Shown here piece after piece: positions 11,986 to 22,100 of a DNA stretch of 64,000 nt. Each line of letters begins with the position of its first letter. Within the stretch, counting starts at the first letter, position 1. The notes beneath the pieces were generated by a model. That model was not told where the DNA came from, did not search any database, and saw only the letters and a list, made by a program, of their open reading frames with translations. A program made the position numbers and the translations under genes. This DNA comes from Eledone cirrhosa (taxonomy: Eukaryota), in assembly GCA_964016885.1 (NCBI GenBank), contig CAXHJY010001158.1, forward strand, positions 109,769 through 173,768. Direction: 5' to 3'.

Positions 11986-12364
11986 GTATGTATCTTTCTC
12001 ATTCTCTCTGTATGTATGTATGTATGTATATATATATAATTATATATTTATAGACATCCTGAAAGCTTTTTAAATGTCTGAGAGATTGGCTAAATATGTT
12101 TTGCAGGTATGACCAGTAAGAGAGAGGTAAGTTATTTCAAAACAATTCTTTGACCATTATTTTAAGGTACTATCTCAGTGTATTTTTAAATTGACCTCTT
12201 GATAGGATGAAATGACCTGTATAATTTTTTTCATATTTAGATGGAATAGAAGAAAAACAAGAAAAATGAAATGAATTCAAACAGAAAATATACACCAATG
12301 CCAATGGAGGTATGATTTCAGTTTAATCTTAACCTAATGACCACTTTACAGAGTGTACTGGATA

Positions 12365-12449
<85 letters not shown>

Positions 12450-12894
12450 AGGAAGCTCCAACCGTTAAGGTTGTCTTTCCATTTATTAATATATTGTGTA
12501 TTTACTCCACTAAACTGTTGAGTGCTTTATATCAGTTATAAAAAAATTTCAGCTTGTTGAATCCCAAAATAGTTGTTGAAACAGCCACAGCTCAGCCGTC
12601 GGGGTCCTGAATATTTATCATATATATATACGTATGAGTGTGTGTGTTTTGAGAATTAATAATTATATAAACAAGTTTGTAATGAACAATTTATTTCTTA
12701 TCAAAACTGTATAAACATGATATTATTTACAGTAAGAATAACAATAATAATGATGGTTTCTAGTAAAGGTGGAAGGCCAGTAATTTGGGGGAGGGGAAAG
12801 TTGATTAAATCGAAGAGAGAAAGAAAGAAAAAACAGAACGGGAAGGAGAGGGGATGGCAAGAGGTCCGGTGTCGCAGGAGAGAGGGGAGGGTGG

Positions 12895-13395
12895 TTGAGC
12901 TTTGAGTCTAGGGCAAGAGGGCAGAAATGCTGCGCCCCACGGATAAGACGGCAAAAATATTCTCGCGGACGATGGCCAGAGATACCCAATGCAACAACCA
13001 CCCAACCTCGCGGTGTTCCCTCCTCAGATGGGCTGCTGACTCTCCGATCTTTTGGAGGAGCTCGGCAGTACAAGGTCCAAGTACTCCTGGGGTCTCGACG
13101 TTGACTGGTGCAGAGAGGAAGTGGCCGGACAATCCTCGGTATTTGTTTATTTTACGTTCTTCTGCGAGGTGGGCTGCGATGCCGGGGTTTGTGACCGAAA
13201 CGACTTGGAAACGAAGTTGTAGGCGGAGATTGTGTCGTAGCTGGTGGTGTCCCAGATGAGGGACCTACGTCCTTCGAATGGGAAGAGAGTGATTCCGTCG
13301 GGGCGCTTGCCATCTCCGGGACCTGTTGGCCCCAGTTGTGATGGGAAGCCAGCTGCGTCCAGGCTTCTTCTCAATATGTCGTTGACAACGACGTG
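12895..13395 (-). mobile_element. CRE-clade-like non-LTR retrotransposon 3' fragment (RLE domain), frameshifted (copy 2 at ~46612-47112)
   Basis: GDGKRPDGITLFPFEGRRSLIWDTTSYDT, and the C-terminal LAIVRENIFAVL resembling the CRE QRGNA..VL motif. Confidence 0.7.
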
Positions 13396-13939
13396 TATCT
13401 ATTCAATAATTATTTGAATATTGAAATTTTAGGTTTAACTACCTTTTAAACCAAATACATTAAGAAAGGCATGACCAACACCACATCATTTTTATTTCTA
13501 TTTTGAAAGTAGGTTTATAAGTATTAAATTTCAGTAGATTCTTATATCCTTCATGGTGGTCTGGTGGGAGATACGAGAGATGGTGGAGGTTCTGGTCTGG
13601 GGTTCAATCCTGCTCAGGAGATACTCTAAGGGGGTTCATACTAAACTTCTTCAGTGTTTCTTATCTCTAGAGACAAATATATATACATAAGGTAATCTGG
13701 TAAAGTTGTTAGAACATCACATAGAATTCTTTGTAGTATTTTTTCCAGTTCTTCAATCTGAGTTCAACTTTACTTTTCTTCCATTCGGGGTTGATAATAA
13801 CGTACCAGTCAAATACTAGGGGTTAATTCTTCCTCTATATCTCTTTCTCACTCTCTGTCTGTTTTATTAAGACCTGGAGAGGTGATGTACTCTACCAGGT
13901 TTTATAATGAGTGATGGGGTCATACCTGCCTGCTACACC

Positions 13940-14262
13940 TCTGTGTACTAAGTGTAGCATATTATATCCTTGTTCAGGGCCTTCCTGACATTACTGTGTA
14001 CTAAGGGTAGCATTTTATATCCTTGTTCAGGGCCATCTTAACATTGCTGTGTACTAAGTGTAGCATATTATATCCTTGTTCGGGGCCTTCCTGACATTAG
14101 TGTGTACTGAGTGTAGATTTTAACATCCTTGTTCTGGGCCTTCCTAACATTACTGTGTACTGAGTGTAGATTTTAACATCTTTGTTCAGAGCCTTCCTTA
14201 CATTACTGTGTACTAAGTGTAGCATTTCATATACTTGTTCTGGGCCTTCCTAACGTTACTGT
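13940..14262 (+). repeat. ~53-bp minisatellite, ~6 copies (copy 2 at ~47657-47979)
   Basis: Unit TGTGTACTAAGTGTAGCATATTATATCCTTGTTCAGGGCCTTCCTGACATTAC. Confidence 0.85.
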
Positions 14263-14264
14263 GG

Positions 14265-15040
14265 AAATAGTAGTTTATATCCAATATGTAATATAGATAT
14301 GGATTCTACAGGACTAAAACTCATTAATATGAGGGGTATTAGTAGATTATATGCCATATTTAATAGAGAAATGGCTTCTACAAGACTAAAACTCATTAAT
14401 ATGAGGGGTATTACAGTTTATATGCCATATTTAATACAGAAATGGCTTCTAAAGGACTAGAACTCTTTAAATTGAATAAAATAGTAGTATATATCCTATG
14501 TTTAATACAGAAATGCCTTCTAAAGGACTCATTAATATGAGGGTATTAGTAGATTATATAACATATTTAATACAGAAATGGCTTTTAAATTCAGGGACTC
14601 GTTAATTTGATGGAAATAGTAGTGTCTATGCAATATTTAATACAGAAATAGCTTCTACAGGACTAAAACTAATTAATATGAGGGGTATTAGTAGTATATG
14701 TGCCATATTTAATACAGAGATGGCTTCTAAATGGAGGTATCTCATTAATTCGATTGAAATGGTAGTGTATATGCAATATTTAATACAGAAATAGCTTCTA
14801 CAAGAATAAAACTCATTAATATGAAGGTTATTATTACATTATATGCCATATTTAATACAGAAATCGGTTCTAAAGGACTAGAACTCTTTAATTCAAATCA
14901 AATAGTAGTATAAAGCAATATTTACTACAGAAATGGCTTCTACAAGACTAAAAATCCTTAATATGAGGGGTATTGTTAGATTATATACCATATTTAATAC
15001 AGAAATGGCTTCTAAATGAAGAAATCTCTTTAATTCGATA
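14265..15040 (+). repeat. ~70-72-bp AT-rich minisatellite, ~10 diverged copies (copy 2 at ~47982-48757)
   Basis: Recurring ATATTTAATACAGAAATGGCTTCTA with alternating variants. Confidence 0.8.
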
Positions 15041-15697
15041 GTAATAGTAATAATAATAATAGTAATAGTAATAATACAGCCAATTTTCCACGCAATACTT
15101 TTAGTTAGCACCCCGAACGCATAATTGGGAATATAATCACTTATTTCCTAATGTTTGTTGAGTGAGTTGGGAAAAAAAACTTGGGAAATATATTTTCAGG
15201 GTCTCAAAATCTTAAAGAGAAAAAAAAGTCCTGTGGAAGGTAGCAAAACAATTAGGAAGAAAATGGTTTGAAGTTGGTTGGTGAGTATAAGATTACAGTA
15301 TCTTGTTGATTTCTATAAAGTTTACTTTTAACTGAATTGGTAAAAATGGATAAATTAGAAGACACAATATAATAACTAATATTGTCTTCTAAAACAGGGA
15401 ATAAAAATATGTTGGTGTATTGGGGGGGGGGGGGGGGGTAAACATGTGAGTTAATGGGAATGTTTTTGTTTGTTTTTATTGAAACATATTCAATCTACAG
15501 ATAGGTTGTTATAGTTATTTAGTCTCGGGTCTGCCATTATCTGCAGATTTATAATTGAGGGGTGTTCCAGGTGTGACCACCCTACATTATTCCTAGAGAT
15601 TGTTACTCCTTCATTCTTCAGTCATCTTGGTCTTCTTATGAGATGGTGGTGTAGTCTTATTTATTGTTAAGGTTATGGTCTTCCTTTGTCCACACTC

Positions 15698-15739
<42 letters not shown>

Positions 15740-15959
15740 AAAGGCTTCCTTCTCTGGAAAAAAATGATTTAATATTCACAACCATCTGTCTAATTGTTTT
15801 CTGATGAGAATAAAGTTAATCTTGCTTGTATGTCTACCTGATCAAATGACTGGCTGATATCTTGAAGTCATTTACACCACAGAACTGTAGGAGTCTTGAT
15901 CCCTCAAGCCATACCTCTAGCCATCATGTACTCCAAAAGAGTCTCACCTTGGTGCTACT

Positions 15960-16765
15960 CAACATGTCCATTAAATTTAGCAGCAAGGATGCCCTCTTCT
16001 TAGTGAGAGACAACTACAAGAGAGGTTCTTAGAGAAGAATAAGCCACTATAGTTAACTTTTGTTGACATAGAGAACCCCGATCTGTCATCTGGTGGTCCT
16101 TAAGGAAACTAGGTGTAGGGGAATGGCTTGTGAGGACAGTGCAAGCTATGTACAAGGGTGCTGTCAGTAAAGTGAGAGGAGGAATTCCAGAAACAAAGTA
16201 GGTGTACATCAGGGTTCGGTCCTCAGTCCGCTCTTGTTCATTATAGTCCTCCCTCCCTCCCTCCCTCCCTCCCTCCAAGCCATAACAGAGGAGGAGTAGT
16301 TTAAGACTGGATGCCCATGGGAACTTCTCTATGCTGACGATCTGGTTCTTATAGCAGAATCAGTAGAGGAGCTAGCTAGAGAATAAATTCTGGCTATGGA
16401 AACAGCAGTAGTTGGAATCAAGAAGACTGAGAGTGAACCTAGCTAAGACAAAAGTGTTTATAAGTAGAAGAGAGGACAAAACTCTGATTCTGTCAGGGAA
16501 ATGGCCATGTTCGATATGTAGGAAAGGAGTTGGCATAAATTCTATGAAATGTAGTACGCAATGCAGATCTTGGCTACACAAGAGATGTAGTGGGATAGCA
16601 GGAAAACTGACTGACAGGTAGGGAGAAATACGTATGCAGTAGATGTACAGGGAAATTTGACAGAGATTGCAGTGATAGACACATTTTTCAAATGCAGGTG
16701 GGATCTATAGAGGGAGTTGATAGCTTCTGATACCTAGGTGATCAGATTAGTAAGGGAGGAGGGTG
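15960..16765 (+). mobile_element. Decayed RTE LINE reverse transcriptase fragment (copy 2 at ~49677-50486)
   Basis: GVHQGSVLSPLLF (16201-16240), ELLYADDLVL (16321-16350), LRVNLAKTKV and WPCSICRKGVG; frameshifted. Confidence 0.8.
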
Positions 16766-17294
16766 ATATAAAATATATTGTTATCATGACTGTCTTTATT
16801 ATTTAAATTACCTCTGTCTATTTACAGATTTTACAGAGTGTACTGGGTGCTTTTATGATGGGAGCAGCAACTCTATACGATTTTACAGAGTGTACTTGGT
16901 GCTTTTATCATGGCACATGGCAGCAGCAGCAGCAGCAACTACGATTTTACAGAGTGTACTTGGTGCTTTTTACTCTGACATCAGCACTGAGGAAGTTGTC
17001 ATATTTTCAGCTAAATTAATGAGTAGAAAAACCAAGTTTCTGCTACAAAAAATTCTCAGATTCAAGGGAGACATTCAGTTTAAGTATGGTATACTGTCAC
17101 TAAGGCAGCAAATTGGCAGAGTCGCTAGAATATCAGATAGCATTCTTTACATTATTTGTTTCAGCTCTCTGTTCTCTCAATTCAAATCCTGCTCAGGTCA
17201 ACTTTGCCTTTCATCCATACAAAATAGATTAATAAAAGTACCAGTGTATTACTGGGGTCAATTCTTCTTCTAACTCTTCTGCACTTCCATTCTC

Positions 17295-17379
<85 letters not shown>

Positions 17380-17941
17380 GCTTCTTTAGAACACATCTGC
17401 TGTATTCAGACCTGGAGCGGAGATGGGCTCCACCAAGTTTTAAAAATTGCCCTTTAAGCGCTGTATGTCAATATGGTGCCCCTATGATTCCCTCCCTCAG
17501 GAGTTATGGGACCATAGATACTGTCAATTGTAAAGAATAACAGAGATATTCAGTGCTAGTGTGGTGTTCTGTCAGTTGTGGAGATTGATGAATCTAAACA
17601 GAAATATCAACAGCACTTTTCATTTCTGAGTAACACATTTGTTACCAAGTGCTGCATGGCTGGAATGAAAATCAGTGCTGTGAAAACCAAGACATTCATC
17701 CTCTCAAGGAAGCTTGTGCAGTGCACTCTACATGTAAATGGAGTCCCACTGAAGCAGGTAGAAAAGTTCATGTATCTCGAAGCTGTGTTCACGAGTGATG
17801 ACAGAGACGGCAAAGGCACAACACACAACAGAAGAAAAGAACAATGACAATTATTATTATTATTATTATTATTATTATTTGTTTTATTAGTTTTATTATA
17901 ATAAAAATTGTGCTGTTAGTTTGCTTGCTATACCATCATGT

Positions 17942-18030
17942 ACCCTAACCCTAAACCTAACCCCAACTCCAACTCTGACCCTAAACCTAACCCCAACCCC
18001 AACCCTAACCCTAACCCTAACCCTAACCCA
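17942..18030. repeat. Telomere-like (CCCTAA)n tract with variants
   Basis: ACCCTAACCCTAAACCTAACCCC...CCCTAACCCTAACCCTAACCC, fused directly to the spacer repeats. Confidence 0.85.
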
Positions 18031-18613
18031 CGATAGAAGACGTTCGTTACCGCTGGAGCAACGCAAATTACTCCTCGGTTGACGCCAAAAACGAACGCCT
18101 TCTCGACGGCTAGCCGCATTTCGTGATCCGCCTTTCGATTGCGCTTCCGTCGCGGAAAAAGAATTGCCTTTATAGGCCGCCGCCGCCCGACCGGACCCAC
18201 GATAGAAGACGTTCGTTACCGCTGGAGCAACGCAAATTACTCCTCGGTTGACGCCAAAAACGAACGCCTTCTCGACGGCTAGCCGCATTTCGTGATCCGC
18301 CTTTCGATTGCGCTTCCGTCGCGGAAAAAGAATTGCCTTTATAGGCCGCCGCCGCCGCCCGACCGGACCCACGATAGAAGACGTTCGTTACCGCTGGAGC
18401 AACGCAAATTACTCCTCGGTTGACGCCAAAAACGAACGCCTTCTCGACGGCTAGCCGCATTTCGTGATCCGCCTTTCGATTGCGCTTCCGTCGCGGAAAA
18501 AGAATTGCCTTTATAGGCCGCCGCCGCCGCCCGACCGGACCCACGATAGAAGACGTTCGTTACCGCTGGAGCAACGCAAATTACTCCTCGGTTGACGCCA
18601 AAAACGAACGCCT
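18027..18613 (+). promoter_or_regulatory. 169-172 bp rDNA intergenic-spacer-like repeats (3 full + 1 partial); candidate RNA polymerase I spacer promoters
   Basis: Units start at 18027, 18196, 18368 and 18540. Each full unit contains CTTTATAGGCC, and the array lies ~360 bp upstream of the 18S 5' end. The promoter role is inferred from position and from similarity to TATAGG Pol I initiation motifs. Confidence 0.55.
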
Positions 18614-18972
18614 TCCGGTTCGGGCGACGTAAAAGTCTGTAGCCTTTTCGCCGATCCTCGACGATTATCCGCCTTCCGAACAACCGCCTTTCCGCCGTCA
18701 CAGCAGTAGGTACTCGTCCGTCGTAATAGCCGTCATTTTAATGCAGGAGAAACGCCTAAATGCACTGCGATTGACGACGATCTACGACGCGCTTACTCTT
18801 CCTTGCTGCGACGAAGGTTTCGTTCGGCTTTTCGTCGTGGACCCGGTCAGGTCATGCCGCTGATCTCGCGTTGCGTCGTTACCGCTGGAGCAACGCAAAT
18901 TACTCCTCGTTTAACGCCAACATCGAACGCGCTTCGGTTCTCGGTCGTCGTTGTTTTGTTTCGTGCGGAAGA
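18614..18972 (+). other. 5' ETS-like leader (copy 2 at ~53164-53514)
   Basis: CpG-rich sequence lying between the spacer repeats and the exact 18S 5' terminus. Confidence 0.55.
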
Positions 18973-19158
18973 TACCTGGGTGATCCTGCCAGTAGTCATA
19001 TGCTTGTCTCAAAGCTTAAGCCATGCAAGTGGAAGTTCATGCCGTAAACGAAAATGGTGAAACCGCGAATGGCTCAGGAACCGGATCTAATCCTCGGGAC
19101 CGTATTCCTCACCGCGAGGAGAGGATAACTGTGGCAATTCTAGAGCTAATACATGCAA
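18973..19158 (+). pseudogene. 18S rRNA 5' fragment (~185 nt)
   Basis: TACCTGGGTGATCCTGCCAGTAGTCATATGCTTGTCTCAAAG, GTGAAACCGCGAATGGCTCA and GGATAACTGTGGCAATTCTAGAGCTAATACATGC are universal eukaryotic 18S 5' motifs. Confidence 0.95.
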
Positions 19159-19164
19159 TTGAGA

Positions 19165-22100
19165 TCGGAGAGGGAGCGATCCGTCTGCTTGATTCCGATA
19201 ACGAACGAGACATTCGTATCCGAAAGAACGTTTGTCTGGAAACTGGTGAGTCAGTGAGTCGAAAAAAAAATATCTCGGTGGTAGTAGCAAATATTCGAAC
19301 GAGACATTCGTATGCGAAAGAACGTTTGTCGGTGGTAGTAGCAAATATTCGAACGAGACATTCGTATGCGAAAGAACGTTTGTCTGGAAGTGGCGATCCA
19401 TGCCCGGTGGATAGTTGGTTCCGGGTTTTACTATGATTGTTGCAAAACAGAAACTTAAAGGGATTGACAGAATTTGCGATTCCGGAGAGGGGGCGATCCG
19501 TCTGCTTGATTCCGATAACGAACGAGACATTCGTATCCGAAAGAACGTTTGTCTGGAAACTGGTGAGTCAGTGAGTCGAAAAAAAAAATATCTCGGTGGT
19601 AGTAGCAAATATTCGAACGAGACATTCGTATGCGAAAGAACGTTTGTCGGTGGTAGTAGCAAATATTCGAACGAGACATTCGTATGCGAAAGAACGTTTG
19701 TCTGGAAGTGGCGATCCATGCCCGGTGGATAGTTGGTTCCGGGTTTTACTATGATTGTTGCAAAACAGAAACTTAAAGGGATTGACAGAATTTGCGATTC
19801 CGGAGAGGGGGCGATCCGTCTGCTTGATTCCGATAACGAACGAGACATTCGTATCCGAAAGAACGTTTGTCTGGAAACTGGTGAGTCAGTGAGTCGAAAA
19901 AAAAAATATCTCGGTGGTAGTAGCAAATATTCGAACGAGACATTCGTATGCGAAAGAAAAATATCTCGGTGGTAGTAGCAAATATTCGAACGAGACATTC
20001 GTATGCGAAAGAACGTTTGTCTGGAAGTGGCGATCCATGCCCGGTGGATAGTTGGTTCCGGGTTTTACTATGATTGTTGCAAAACAGAAACTTAAAGGGA
20101 TTGACAGAATTTGCGATTCCGGAGAGGGGGCGATCCGTCTGCTTGATTCCGATAACGAACGAGACATTCGTATCCGAAAGAACGTTTGTCTGGAAACTGG
20201 TGAGTCAGTGAGTCGAAAAAAAAATATCTCGGTGGTAGTAGCAAATATTCGTATGCGAAAGAAAAGATCTCGGTGGTAGTAGCAAATATTCGAACGAGAC
20301 ATTCGTAGGCGAAAGAAAAATATCTCGGTGGTAGTAGCAAATATTCGAACGAGACATTCGTATTCGAAAGAACGTTTGTCTGGAAGTTGCGATCCATGCC
20401 CGGTGGATAGTTGGTTCCGGGCTTTACTATGATTGTTGCAAAACAGAAACTTAAAGGGATTGACAGAATTTGCGATTCCGGAGAGGGGGCGATCCGTCTG
20501 CTTGATTTCGATAACGAACGAGACATTCGTATCCGAAAGAACGTTTGTCTGGAAACTGGTGAGTCAGTGAGTCGAAAAAAAAAATATCTCGGTGGTAGTA
20601 GCAAATATTCGAACGAGACATTCGTATGCGAAAGAACGTTTGTCGGTGGTAGTAGCAAATATTCGAACGAGACATTCGTATGCGAAAGAACGTTTGTCTG
20701 GAAGTGGCGATCCATGCCCGGTGGATAGTTGGTTCCGGGTTTTACTATGATTGTTGCAAAACAGAAACTTAAAGGGATTGACAGAATTTGCGATTCCAGA
20801 GAGAGGGCGATCCGTCTGCTTGATTCCGATAACGAACGAGACATTCGTATCCGAAAGAACGTTTGTCTGGAAACTGGTGAGTCAGTGAGTCGAAAAAAAA
20901 ATATCTCGGTGGTAGTAGCAAATATTCGAACGAGACATTCGTATGCGAAAGAACGTTTGTCGGTGGTAGTAGCAAATATTCGAACGAGACATTCGTATGC
21001 GAAAGAACGTTTGTCTGGAAGTGGCGATCCATGCCCGGTGGATAGTTGGTTCCGGGTTTTACTATGATTGTTGCAAAACAGAAACTTAAAGGGATTGACA
21101 GAATTTGCGATTCCGGAGAGGGGGCGATCCGTCTGCTTGATTCCGATAACGAACGAGACATTCGTATCCGAAAGAACGTTTGTCTGGAAACTGGTGAGTC
21201 AGTGAGTCGAAAAAAAAAATATCTCGGTGGTAGTAGCAAATATTCGAACGAGACATTCGTATGCGAAAGAACGTTTGTCGGTGGTAGTAGCAAATATTCG
21301 AACGAGACATTCGTATGCGAAAGAACGTTTGTCTGGAAGTGGCGATCCATGCCCGGTGGATAGTTGGTTCCGGGTTTTACTATGATTGTTGCAAAACAGA
21401 AACTTAAAGGGATTGACAGAATTTGCGATTCCGGAGAGGGGGCGATCCGTCTGCTTGATTCCGATAACGAACGAGACATTCGTATCCGAAAGAACGTTTG
21501 TCTGGAAACTGGTGAGTCAGTGAGTCGAAAAAAAAAATATCTCGGTGGTAGTAGCAAATATTCGAACGAGACATTCGTATGCGAAAGAACGTTTGTCGGT
21601 GGTAGTAGCAAATATTCGAACGAGACATTCGTATGCGAAAGAACGTTTGTCTGGAAGTGGCGATCCATGCCCGGTGGATAGTTGGTTCCGGGTTTTACTA
21701 TGATTGTTGCAAAACAGAAACTTAAAGGGATTGACAGAATTTGCGATTCCGGAGAGGGGGCGATCCGTCTGCTTGATTCCGATAACGAACGAGACATTCG
21801 TATCCGAAAGAACGTTTGTCTGGAAACTGGTGAGTCAGTGAGTCGAAAAAAAAAATATCTCGGTGGTAGTAGCAAATATTCGTATGCGAAAGAAAAGATC
21901 TCGGTGGTAGTAGCAAATATTCGAACGAGACATTCGTAGGCGAAAGAAAAATATCTCGGTGGTAGTAGCAAATATTCGAACGAGACATTCGTATTCGAAA
22001 GAACGTTTGTCTGGAAGTTGCGATCCATGCCCGGTGGATAGTTGGTTCCGGGTTTTACTATGATTGTTGCAAAACAGAAACTTAAAGGGATTGACAGAAT

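Noticed and set aside
17896-18701. Arg-rich repeated ORFs on the minus strand of the spacer repeats
   Set aside because: The 169/172-bp unit is not a multiple of three; these are artefacts of a GC-rich repeat.
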